A stretch of DNA of 64,000 nucleotides from Ramlibacter sp. (GTDB lineage: Bacteria > Pseudomonadota > Gammaproteobacteria > Burkholderiales > Burkholderiaceae_C), in the NCBI RefSeq assembly GCF_041916345.1, contig NZ_JAYRZR010000007.1, forward strand, positions 14,450 to 78,449, given 5' to 3'. Positions 54,200 to 62,620 of this stretch are shown here, piece after piece; position 1 is the first letter of the stretch, and each line of letters starts with the position of its first letter. A program made the translations under genes and the position numbers. Under the pieces are notes generated by a model. It was not told the origin of the DNA. It saw only the letters and a program-made list of their open reading frames with translations, and ran no database searches.

Positions 54200-54573
54200 C
54201 AGGCGGCGTCCTTCGGGGTGGGTTGGAAGTACGGCCGGGTGCGACCTTCGGCGTCGGGCTGGAAGATGACCTGCACCGCCTGGCCGATGTGCACGTCCGC
54301 AGGCGCGCAGGCCACGATGTTGGCGAGCATCATCGGCCCCTCGGCCAGCTGCACGTAGGCCACCACATAGGGCGGGTCGGCCCGGTTGGCGATGGCGTAG
54401 CTGTACACCACGGCGCGGCCGCTGGCGGGCTGCCAGTGGGTGTCGCTGCTGAAGCAGTGCGGGCAGTGGCTGCGCGGCGTGTAGTGCGCCTGGCCGCAGG
54501 CCTTGCACGTCTTTACCAGCAGTTCCTGGCGGTCCACGGCGTCCCAGTAGGCCTGGGTCTCGAAGGTAGGCAT
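54199..54573 (-). CDS. DUF35-type zinc-ribbon/OB-fold protein
   Basis: ORF trimmed to MPTFETQAYWDAV at 54573. CKACGQAHYTPRSHCPHC zinc ribbon followed by an OB-fold-length tail. TGATG overlap with the next gene. Confidence 0.85.
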   Translation of the reverse strand: MPTFETQAYWDAVDRQELLVKTCKACGQAHYTPRSHCPHCFSSDTHWQPASGRAVVYSYAIANRADPPYVVAYVQLAEGPMMLANIVACAPADVHIGQAVQVIFQPDAEGRTRPYFQPTPKDAA

Positions 54574-54574
54574 G

Positions 54575-55735
54575 TCAGACCCTTTCCAGGATGAGCGTGG
54601 CCGATTCGTGAAGCTGGCCCAGCGAGCCGCCGGTGCCATGCGCCAGCACGAGACCGCAGTTGGGGACCTGCACCGCCGGGTGGGCCTCGCCGCGCGCCTG
54701 GCGCACCGCTTCCATCACCTTGGTGACGCCGCCGCGGTTGCCGGGGTGGTTGCTGCACAGGCCGCCGCCGTCGGTGTTGAACGGCAGCCGGCCGACGCCG
54801 GAGATCAGGCCGCCGTCGGTGACGAAGCGGCCACCCGCGCCGCGTTCGCAGAAGCCCAGGTCTTCCAGCTGCATCAGCACGGTGATGGTGAAGCTGTCGT
54901 ACAGCGAAACGTACTGGATGTCGGCCGGCTTGCGTCCGGCCTCGGCGAAGGCGATGGCGCCCGAGACGGCGCCGGCCGAGCTGGCGAGATCGAAGAAGCC
55001 ACCGTTCAGCGTCTTCACCGCCTCGCCCGCGCCGCGCACCACGATCATCGGGCGCTTCAGCTGCTTCGCGATGTCGGGGTGCACCACCACGATGGCGCCG
55101 CCGCCGTCGCTGATGACGCAGCAGTCGAGCCGATGCAGCGGGTCCGCCACCAGCGGCGAGTTCACCACGTCTTCCACGGTGACCACCTTGCGCAGCATGG
55201 CATGCGGGTTGTGCTGCGCGTGGTGCGAAGCGGCCACCTTGATCCAGGCCAGCTGCTCGGAGGTGGTGCCGTGGTCATGCATGTGCCGGCGCGCCACCAT
55301 GCCGTAGCCATGCGCGAGATGGCAACCGTAGGGCACGTCGAACTCGTCGTCGGGCGTCTCGGGGTCCACCGGCATGCCGGGGCCCACGCCGGCGGCGCGC
55401 GGTCGTCCGCAGGAGGTGATCAGCGCCACGCGGCACTTGCCGGCCGCGATGGCATGCGCCGCATGGCCCACGTGCAGGATGGGTGCGGAGCCACCCGACT
55501 CGGTGGTGTCGGTGTGGCGCAGCTTCAGGCCCAGGTAGTTGGCGAGCGTGAGCGCGCCGAAGCCGGGCACGCCACCGTCACAGTAGAAGGCGTCGACGTC
55601 GTCCTTGGACAGCCCCGCGTCGTCCAGTGCGCCCCTGGCTACTTCCGCGTGCAGCTGCACCAGGCTCTTGTCGGTGGCCAGCCGGGTGGGGTGCTCGTAG
55701 ATGCCGGCGATGCAGGCCTTGCCGTTGATGCTCAT
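54575..55735 (-). CDS. Thiolase-fold protein lacking the thiolase nucleophile (predicted aldolase/lyase-type, Ltp2/IpfD-like)
   Basis: Hand alignment with the two SCP-x thiolases in this window. NNNCSTGS / ENACATGS corresponds to TESGGSAP (Cys to Gly). ELHDCF corresponds to SLYDSF (His to Tyr, Cys to Ser). GHPLGATG corresponds to NHPGNRGG. Confidence 0.8.
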   Translation of the reverse strand: MSINGKACIAGIYEHPTRLATDKSLVQLHAEVARGALDDAGLSKDDVDAFYCDGGVPGFGALTLANYLGLKLRHTDTTESGGSAPILHVGHAAHAIAAGKCRVALITSCGRPRAAGVGPGMPVDPETPDDEFDVPYGCHLAHGYGMVARRHMHDHGTTSEQLAWIKVAASHHAQHNPHAMLRKVVTVEDVVNSPLVADPLHRLDCCVISDGGGAIVVVHPDIAKQLKRPMIVVRGAGEAVKTLNGGFFDLASSAGAVSGAIAFAEAGRKPADIQYVSLYDSFTITVLMQLEDLGFCERGAGGRFVTDGGLISGVGRLPFNTDGGGLCSNHPGNRGGVTKVMEAVRQARGEAHPAVQVPNCGLVLAHGTGGSLGQLHESATLILERV

Positions 55736-55741
55736 CGCGGG

Positions 55742-56197
55742 TCAGTCGTAGTACAGGAAGATGGACTCGGCCACCAGCGCCGGCTTGGCCTGGCCTTCCA
55801 CCGTGATGCTGGTTTCGGTGACGCACTTGCGCCCGCCCGCCACCGGCTCCACGCTCTTGAAGGTGATGCTGGCGCGCACCCGCGAGCCGGCGGGCACCCC
55901 ATTCAGGAAGCGCAGGCGGTCCGAGCCGTAGTTGAGGACGCGCGAGGCGCCCTGCACCTCGTACAGCGGCGGCATCAGCCGGCCGAGCAGCGACAGCATC
56001 AGGAAGCCGTGGGCAATGGTCTTGCCGCCCGGCATCTCGCGCGCGGCGCGCTCGGTGTCCACATGGATCCACTGGCGGTCGCCGGTCACATCAGCGAAGG
56101 CATCGATCATGGCCTGGTCGACGGTGAGCCATTCACCGGGGCCGATGGTGGTGCCCACCAGGCCATTCAGGCGGGAGGGGTGGTCGAGAACGAGCAT
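55742..56197 (-). CDS. MaoC-like (R)-specific enoyl-CoA hydratase, single hot-dog
   Basis: 151 aa. DRQWIHVDTERA hydratase motif. Confidence 0.85.
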   Translation of the reverse strand: MLVLDHPSRLNGLVGTTIGPGEWLTVDQAMIDAFADVTGDRQWIHVDTERAAREMPGGKTIAHGFLMLSLLGRLMPPLYEVQGASRVLNYGSDRLRFLNGVPAGSRVRASITFKSVEPVAGGRKCVTETSITVEGQAKPALVAESIFLYYD

Positions 56198-56222
56198 GGG
56201 TCAGGGGGGTGGGTCGTGGGGG

Positions 56223-57368
56223 TCAGGCCGGCGTCGACACGGCTGCGGTCAGGCGGGCCAGGCGTTGCTGGTGGTGGTCGGCGTTGCCGAGGAAGGCGTC
56301 GAGCATCAGCAGGCGCTTCATCACATGGCCGATGGCCAGTTCGTCCGTCATGCCCATGCCGCCGTGCAACTGGATGGCCTGGTGGCCGATCCAGCGGCCG
56401 GCGCGGCCGATCTGCACCTTGGCGGCGGTGGCGGCGCGGTCGGCGGTCGCGGCATCGCCGTCCGCCGTCAGCGCGGCATGCAGGGCCAGGGAGCGGCTGC
56501 ATTCCAGCTGCACCTGCATGTCGACCACGCGATGGCGCAGCACCTGGAACGCAGCCAGCGGCTGGCCGAACTGCTTGCGCTGCTGCAGGTAGGCCGTGGT
56601 CTGCGTGATGGCGGCCGCCATGGCGCCGCAGGCTTCGTTGGCCAGCACGGCCAGCGCCTTCGCCACCACGCGCTGCACGTGGGGCAGGGCGCCGCCGGCG
56701 TCCCCCAGCACGGCCAGCGCCGGTGCGGCGTCGAAGCGCACGTGCGCGCCCGGGCGCTTGTCGATCATCGGAAAGCGCTGCAGCGTCACGCCGGCAGCGG
56801 CGCGGGGCACCACGAACAGGCCCAGGCCGTCGGCATCGAAGCGCCCACCCGCGGTGCGCGCCAGCACGATCAGCCAGTCGGCGTCGGGGGCGTCCCACAC
56901 GCTGGTCTTCTGGCCGGTCAGCTTCCAGCCGCTGGCACTGCGCTCGGCACGGGTCTGCACGTCGTGCAGTTCGAAGCGCGACTGCGCCTCGGCCTGCGCG
57001 AAGGCGATGCGCAGCCGGCCTTCACCGACCTGCGGCAGCCATTCCGCCTGCTGGGCGGCGCTGCCGGCGGCCTGGATCAGGCCAGCGCCCACCACCACGG
57101 TGGAGACGAACGGTTCCAGCACCAGCGCGCCGCCGAAGCAGTCCGCCAGCGCCGCGGCGTCGGACGTGCCGCCACCGAGGCCGCCATGCTCGGCGGGCAG
57201 GGCCGCGGCCAGCCAGCCCAGGGCCGCGAACTGGGACCAGAACACGGGGGATCCGGCGCCTTGGCCCAGCGCCGCTTCGCGCCACACGGCATGCGGATAT
57301 TCGTTGCCCAGCCAGGCTTGCACGCTGTCGCGCAGGGTCTGCTGGTCGTCGTTGAATGCGAGTCTCAA
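56223..57368 (-). CDS. Acyl-CoA dehydrogenase-fold protein, small-subunit type of a two-gene ACAD pair
   Basis: 381 aa. Its C-terminal motif is degenerate (FLGNADHHQQRLA versus IYAGSSETQRNILA in the neighbour). It lies directly downstream of the larger ACAD gene. Confidence 0.8.
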   Translation of the reverse strand: MRLAFNDDQQTLRDSVQAWLGNEYPHAVWREAALGQGAGSPVFWSQFAALGWLAAALPAEHGGLGGGTSDAAALADCFGGALVLEPFVSTVVVGAGLIQAAGSAAQQAEWLPQVGEGRLRIAFAQAEAQSRFELHDVQTRAERSASGWKLTGQKTSVWDAPDADWLIVLARTAGGRFDADGLGLFVVPRAAAGVTLQRFPMIDKRPGAHVRFDAAPALAVLGDAGGALPHVQRVVAKALAVLANEACGAMAAAITQTTAYLQQRKQFGQPLAAFQVLRHRVVDMQVQLECSRSLALHAALTADGDAATADRAATAAKVQIGRAGRWIGHQAIQLHGGMGMTDELAIGHVMKRLLMLDAFLGNADHHQQRLARLTAAVSTPA

Positions 57369-57387
57369 GGGGTGCTCCTGCGTGAAG

Positions 57388-58581
57388 TCAGCTGCCGAAG
57401 GCCAGCTTGGCCAGGATGTTGCGCTGGGTCTCGCTGGAGCCCGCGTAGATGGTCGCCGCGCGGCGCAGGAAGTAGTCTTCCACCCGGCCCAGGGCTGCGT
57501 CGGGCGCGCCCGGCGTCTGGAACGAGCCGTCGCCCGCGCTCTCGTAGGGCATCACGCCGGGGCCCATGGCGTCGAGCGTGAGTTCACACACCAGCTGCAT
57601 CACTTCGGAGCCGCGCAGCTTCATCATGCTGGCCGCGGCCATGCCGTCACCCGTGTAGGCGTCGTCCAGCAGCAGCCGCAGATTGGTCAGCTCCAGTGCG
57701 TCGAGTTCCACCTGGGCGCCGGCCAGGCGCAGCGCGAAGTGCGGGTCTTCCGCCAGCGGCCGGCCATTGACCTGCTGGGTGGCGGCCAGTTCGCGCAGCA
57801 GCACCATGCGCCGCTTGGTGCGGCTGACTTCCGGCGTGGCCGAGCGTTCGTGGCCGAGCAGGAACTTGGCGTAGGTCCAGCCCTTGTTCTCCTCGCCCAC
57901 CAGGGTGGCGCGCGGCACGCGCACGCCGTCGAAGAACACCTCGTTCAGCGTGTGGCCGCCGTCGATGGAGATGATGGGGCGCACGGTGATGCCGGGCGTC
58001 TTCATGTCGATCAGCAGGAAGGAAATGCCCTTCTGCTGCTTGGCCTGCGGGTCGGTGCGCACCAGGCAGAACATCCAGTCGGCCTTGTGCGCGTCGCTCG
58101 TCCAGATCTTGCTGCCGTTGACGACGTAGTGGTCGCCGTCGGCTTCGGCCCGCGTCCGCAGGCCGGCCAGGTCCGAGCCCGCGCCGGGTTCGGAGTAGCC
58201 CTGGCACCAGTGCTCGGTCATGGCCACGATGGGGGGCAGGAAGCGTTGCTTCTGCGCCTCGGTGCCGAAGGTGTAGATCACCGGGCCCACCATGTTGATG
58301 CCGAACATCGACAGCAGCGGCGCATCGGCCAGCGCGCATTCGTCCTCGAAGATGAAGCGCTGCACCGGCGTCCAGCCCGTGCCGCCGTATGCCTTGGGCC
58401 AGGACGGTGCGCCCCAGCCGTGACGGTGCAGGATCTGGTGCCACGCCACCACGTCTTCCTTCGGCAGGTGCGAATGGCTGCGCTGCTGGCGCGCCAGGCG
58501 CGGCGGCAGGTGGTCGCGCAGGAAGGCCTTCACCTCCTGGCGGAAGGCGTGGTCAGCCGGCGTCAGGTAGGCGTCGATCAT
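57388..58581 (-). CDS. Acyl-CoA dehydrogenase, large-subunit type of a two-gene ACAD pair
   Basis: 397 aa. YSEPGAGSDLAGL, IYAGSSETQRNILA. Confidence 0.85.
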   Translation of the reverse strand: MIDAYLTPADHAFRQEVKAFLRDHLPPRLARQQRSHSHLPKEDVVAWHQILHRHGWGAPSWPKAYGGTGWTPVQRFIFEDECALADAPLLSMFGINMVGPVIYTFGTEAQKQRFLPPIVAMTEHWCQGYSEPGAGSDLAGLRTRAEADGDHYVVNGSKIWTSDAHKADWMFCLVRTDPQAKQQKGISFLLIDMKTPGITVRPIISIDGGHTLNEVFFDGVRVPRATLVGEENKGWTYAKFLLGHERSATPEVSRTKRRMVLLRELAATQQVNGRPLAEDPHFALRLAGAQVELDALELTNLRLLLDDAYTGDGMAAASMMKLRGSEVMQLVCELTLDAMGPGVMPYESAGDGSFQTPGAPDAALGRVEDYFLRRAATIYAGSSETQRNILAKLAFGS

Positions 58582-58591
58582 GGCGCGGCCT

Positions 58592-59506
58592 TCAGAGCGT
58601 GATGCCCACCGTGGCCAGCCGCGCAGGCATCTGGCCCAGCACGCCGGGGGCCGTGGGCGTGGCGGTGGACAGGTCGGTGAGCTGGGCCACGGCCTGGGCG
58701 AACATGTCCACCGTGATGGGCTGGCGCGGGTCGAACTGCACGCCCGCCGTCTCGAAGAACTGCACGCGGCCGAAGCCGCCCGCGGCGGCGGTGATGATGT
58801 GGGCGGTGAACTCGCAGGCCTCGCTGGCCATGTAGGCGACGGCCGGCGCCACGTGGGCCGGCTGCATCAGCTGGTCGATCTCACTGGAGACCGCGCCCAG
58901 GCCCTGGGTCATGCGGGTGGTGGCGCCGGGGCTCACGGCATTGACCTTGATGTTGGCCTTGGCGCCCTCGACGGCCAGCACGTTCATCAGGCCCAGCAGG
59001 CCCATCTTGGCCGCGCCGTAGTTGGCCTGGCCGAAGTTGCCGCTGGTGCCGGCCACCGAGGTGGTCATGACCACGCGGCCATACTTCTGCTCCATCATCA
59101 GCGGCCACGCGGCCTTGGTGCAGTAGGTGGAGCCGAGCAGGTGCACGCGCAGCACGGCTTCGAAGTCCTCCAGCGCCATCTTCGCGAAGCTCTTGTCGCG
59201 CAGGATGCCGGCGTTGTTGATCAGCGCGTCGATCCGGCCGAAGTGCTTGACGGCGGTGTCGATGAGGTTCTGCGCGCCTTCGGGCGTGGCCACCGAGTCG
59301 TAGTTGGCCACCGCCTGGCCGCCGGCCGCACGGATTTCATTCACCACCTGGTCGGCCGCGGCGCTGTCGCCGCCGACACCGTTGACGGTGCCGCCCAGGT
59401 CGTTCACGACGACCTTCGCGCCCTCCTTCGCCAGCAGCAGCGCGTGCTCGCGCCCCAGACCATTCCCCGCCCCCGTGACCACGGCCACTCGCCCTTGCAT
59501 CCGCAT
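58592..59506 (-). CDS. SDR, MFE-2-type (3R)-hydroxyacyl-CoA dehydrogenase-like
   Basis: ORF trimmed to MRMQGRVAVVTGAGNGLG at 59506 (GGAGA RBS). NNAGILRD and the YGAAK catalytic pair. Confidence 0.8.
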   Translation of the reverse strand: MRMQGRVAVVTGAGNGLGREHALLLAKEGAKVVVNDLGGTVNGVGGDSAAADQVVNEIRAAGGQAVANYDSVATPEGAQNLIDTAVKHFGRIDALINNAGILRDKSFAKMALEDFEAVLRVHLLGSTYCTKAAWPLMMEQKYGRVVMTTSVAGTSGNFGQANYGAAKMGLLGLMNVLAVEGAKANIKVNAVSPGATTRMTQGLGAVSSEIDQLMQPAHVAPAVAYMASEACEFTAHIITAAAGGFGRVQFFETAGVQFDPRQPITVDMFAQAVAQLTDLSTATPTAPGVLGQMPARLATVGITL

Positions 59507-59610
59507 CGTTCCATCTCCATCGGGCGCCTTGCCCTTGCCTCTGTGGGCCTGGAGCATCGCCGGAAGCGCGGCGGGGAAAATCGTCGCTTCCGACTAATCT
59601 GCGCGGAGCC

Positions 59611-60123
59611 TCAGATCAGGAACGCCAGCGTCGTCAGGGCCGCATCGTTGTTGACCAGTGCCACCTTCTTGAAGGCCATGCGCCAGCCGTCCGGCGTCTG
59701 GCGCAGCACGTACTCGTTGCGCGCGGCCCAGAGGATCTGCCCTCGGCGATGCGACTCGTACAACAGCATGTTGGCCGTCACGCGCGTGCCGCCCGGCTCC
59801 TCGCCCAGCACCTCCACGTTGCCGATCACCCGGCGCAGGCGCGAGGTGGGCAGCTGGCTGTAGCGCTTGCCGGTGTGGTACTGGCGGATGCGCAGCGCGA
59901 TGCGCGAGCGGTTGTCGTAGATCACGGACATCTGCGACTCGGGGTCGATGTCCTCGCCGTTGGCGGGCACCCAGTAAAGGGCGTCCTCGGTCCACAGCGC
60001 CTCCCACTCGTCGTAGCGGTTCTCGTCCTGCAGCCGCGCCTCCAGGTAGAGGAACTGCGTGATCTGGTGATGCCGCACCAGCGCGGCCAGGTCGGCGGTC
60101 ATCAAGGTGTCGGCGGCGCCCAT
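59611..60123 (-). CDS. Aromatic ring-hydroxylating oxygenase beta (small) subunit
   Basis: ORF trimmed to MGAADTLMTADLAALV at 60123 (TGATG overlap with the alpha subunit). SnoaL/NTF2-like pattern FLYLEARLQDENRYDEW. Confidence 0.85.
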   Translation of the reverse strand: MGAADTLMTADLAALVRHHQITQFLYLEARLQDENRYDEWEALWTEDALYWVPANGEDIDPESQMSVIYDNRSRIALRIRQYHTGKRYSQLPTSRLRRVIGNVEVLGEEPGGTRVTANMLLYESHRRGQILWAARNEYVLRQTPDGWRMAFKKVALVNNDAALTTLAFLI

Positions 60124-61424
60124 CACTTGGCCTCCATCAGCGAGCGGTAGTGCTGCCACATGCCGCGCGAGCACAGGTCATCGGTGGCATGGCCGATGCG
60201 GAAGCCCTGCTCGTCGCGGCGTTCGCGGTGGCTGCCGCGGCCGAGGTACACCCACTCCGGGTTCTTCTCCTGCACGCCGCGGTGCGAGCGCTCGTACATC
60301 TCCGCGTCGTCGGCCAGCAGGAAGCCGGCCGGCCCCACCGAGCCCATGGTCTGCTGGCGCAGGCGGCGGTTGAAGTCCGGCGCGCCCTTGAACTGCAGCG
60401 CGGTCACGTGCTGCACCGTCTCGTTCACGTTCAGCGGCTGGATGGTGAACATCTGGATCTCCGCGATGAACAGGTTGGGGAAGATCATGATGTGCGGCGT
60501 GCCCTCGATGAGGATCTCGCGCGCCTTCTGCTCGCCGTAGGCGGCGTTCATCTTCGACACGTAGTCGGGCAGCTTCTGCGGCGTGGTGCCGAACCACGAG
60601 AGCGGCTCGCCGCGCTTGCGGAACTCCGGCCGCAGGTCCACCTCGCTGTGGCCGTTGCCGAAGTAGCGCGTGACGGCGGTGGAGGTGTCGGCGTACAGCG
60701 TGCCGATCTGGCTGTCGGCCACGTCGAAGATGGAGGCATGCACGAAGGCTGGGTGGTAGCCGTCGGTCTCGTTCTCCATCACGAACTTCCAGTTCGCCAT
60801 CACCTTGTGCTGCAGGAAGCCGGCGGTGATCTCCACCTCGCCCTCGGGCGAGTTGCGGCACAGGATGTCCAGCGCCTCCTTCGCGCCGCCCAGGTGCTCC
60901 TCCAGGCTGATGCCGTCCTCGGCCATGCAGCCGAACACGAATCCGCGGTAGCTGGCCACGCGCGCCACCCGGCCCAGGCCGAGCGACTTGCGCATGTCAC
61001 CCTCGTAGCCCGAGGGGAAGGGGTAGCCGCGCAGGCTGCCGTCGTTGTCGAAGGTCCAGCCGTGGTAGTTGCAGGTGAAGGTGCGGGCGTTGCCGCGGTG
61101 CTTCTCGCACACCTGGTTGCCACGGTGCGGGCAGCGGTTGTGCAGCAGGTGGATGCGGCCGTCCTTGCCGCGGGTCATGATCACCGGATCAGGGCCGATG
61201 GACTTCATCACGAAGTCGTTGACGTTCGGCACCTCGCTCTCGTGGCCCACGTAGACCCAGGTGCGTTGCCAGATGCGTCGCACCTCCTCCTGGAAGATCG
61301 CCGGGTCGGTGTACAGCGAGCCGTGCACGTGCTCCGGGTGGATGAGGGCCGACCAGTCGATGCGGGCGGGCGGGGGCGCCACGGGGCGTGGCGCGGCGGA
61401 AGCGGCGGGGGCCAGGGTCTCCAC
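60123..61424 (-). CDS. Rieske [2Fe-2S] ring-hydroxylating oxygenase alpha (large) subunit
   Basis: ORF 60123..62645 re-started at GTG 61424 (AAGGAG 5 nt upstream). Rieske motif CPHRG-x17-CNYHGW. Iron-ligand region ENETDGYHPAFVH. 433 aa. Confidence 0.85.
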   Translation of the reverse strand: METLAPAASAAPRPVAPPPARIDWSALIHPEHVHGSLYTDPAIFQEEVRRIWQRTWVYVGHESEVPNVNDFVMKSIGPDPVIMTRGKDGRIHLLHNRCPHRGNQVCEKHRGNARTFTCNYHGWTFDNDGSLRGYPFPSGYEGDMRKSLGLGRVARVASYRGFVFGCMAEDGISLEEHLGGAKEALDILCRNSPEGEVEITAGFLQHKVMANWKFVMENETDGYHPAFVHASIFDVADSQIGTLYADTSTAVTRYFGNGHSEVDLRPEFRKRGEPLSWFGTTPQKLPDYVSKMNAAYGEQKAREILIEGTPHIMIFPNLFIAEIQMFTIQPLNVNETVQHVTALQFKGAPDFNRRLRQQTMGSVGPAGFLLADDAEMYERSHRGVQEKNPEWVYLGRGSHRERRDEQGFRIGHATDDLCSRGMWQHYRSLMEAK

Positions 61425-61448
61425 GGGTTCTCCTTGGTTCGTCTTAAA

Positions 61449-61468
61449 AAGACCGACGCGTCGGTTTA
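61449..61468. promoter_or_regulatory. Copy F of the recurrent 20-bp inverted repeat (AAGACCG-ACGCGT-CGGTTTA)
   Basis: Lies 25 nt upstream of the Rieske alpha GTG (minus strand) and 131 nt upstream of the tctC-like ATG (plus strand). AT-rich flanks TCTTAAAA / TATGTATGAAT. Confidence 0.6.
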
Positions 61469-61598
61469 TGTATGAATGGTGCCGGCCCGCCGGGGCCGCA
61501 ACCTTGATGCAGATCAAGGTTTGTGAGGTCCGGGTCGGGCGGCCAGCAGCGCCCGGACCGGCGGACGCGGCCCGGCCGGTGCGCCAGAATGCAGGGCC

Positions 61599-62609
61599 AT
61601 GCCGCCCGACAGACCGCTTCTTCGCGCCCTTCGCACCCGCCGCCAGGCCCTGGCCCGCCTTCTGGCTGGCGGCCTGGCTGCCACCCTGGCCGCGCCGCTC
61701 GTGCGGGCCCAGGCCTATCCCACGCGGCCGGTCCGCATCGTCGTGCCCTTCGGCGCAGGCGGCGTGGCGGACCTCACCGCCCGCGCCGTGGCCCAGCGCC
61801 TGGCCGAGGGCCTGCGGCAGCCCGTGGTGGTGGAGAACCGCCCGGGCGCCGGCGGCGTGGCCGCGGGCGAGGCGGTGGCGCGGGCCGAGCCGGACGGCCA
61901 CACCCTGCTGCTCATGAGCAACGGCACCGCGGTCAGCGCCGGCCTGTTCCGCTCGCTGCCCTTCGACGCCCGCAGGGATTTCGCGCCGGTGGGCGTGATC
62001 GGCAGCTTCGACCTGGCCGTGCTCGCGCCGGGCGACAGCCGCTTTGCCACCCTGCGCGACCTGGTGGCCCATGCGCGCGCGCAACCCGGGCGGCTGAACC
62101 TGGCCACCATCCAGATCGGCAGCACGCAGCATCTGGCCGCGGAACTGCTGAAGACGGAACTGGGGCTGGACTTCCAGGTCGTGCCCTTCAACGGCACGCC
62201 AGCGGTGCTGACGGCGCTGCGCGGCGGGCAGGTGGATGCGGCGGTGGAGATCCTCGGGCCGATGCTGCCGCAGATCACGGCTCGCGCGGTGCGGCCGCTG
62301 GCGGTGCTGGGGGCACAGCGGGCGGCCGCATTGCCGGATGTGATGACGGTAGCTGAATCGGGCGCGCGCGGTTTCGACGTGACGTCCTGGAACGCGTTGG
62401 CCGCGCCAGCGGCCACGCCCGCCACCGTGATCGGGACGCTCAACAGCGAACTGAACAAGGCACTCGCCACGTCCGAACTGCGCCGGCAACTGGCGGATCT
62501 GCATGTGCGGCCGATCGGCGGCCCGCCCGAGCGCCTGCGCGAGCTGCTGGCCAGCGAGACCCGCCGCTGGGGCGACGTCATCACGCGCGCTGGCGTGCCG
62601 CGTCAATAG
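61599..62609 (+). CDS. Bug/TctC-family tripartite tricarboxylate transporter substrate-binding protein
   Basis: Twin-arginine-like signal RTRRQALARLLAGG..VRAQA. RPVRIVVPFGAGGVADLTAR hallmark. Confidence 0.9.
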   Translation: MPPDRPLLRALRTRRQALARLLAGGLAATLAAPLVRAQAYPTRPVRIVVPFGAGGVADLTARAVAQRLAEGLRQPVVVENRPGAGGVAAGEAVARAEPDGHTLLLMSNGTAVSAGLFRSLPFDARRDFAPVGVIGSFDLAVLAPGDSRFATLRDLVAHARAQPGRLNLATIQIGSTQHLAAELLKTELGLDFQVVPFNGTPAVLTALRGGQVDAAVEILGPMLPQITARAVRPLAVLGAQRAAALPDVMTVAESGARGFDVTSWNALAAPAATPATVIGTLNSELNKALATSELRRQLADLHVRPIGGPPERLRELLASETRRWGDVITRAGVPRQ

Positions 62610-62620
62610 ATCCCGCAAGC

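Noticed and set aside
59577-59596. Degenerate operator-like sequence AAAATCG-TCGCTT-CCGACTA between the Rieske beta subunit gene and the SDR gene.
   Set aside because: Three mismatches in the 14 arm positions, and the conserved ACG..G spacer pattern is lost. It could be a weak internal site, but the evidence is insufficient by eye.
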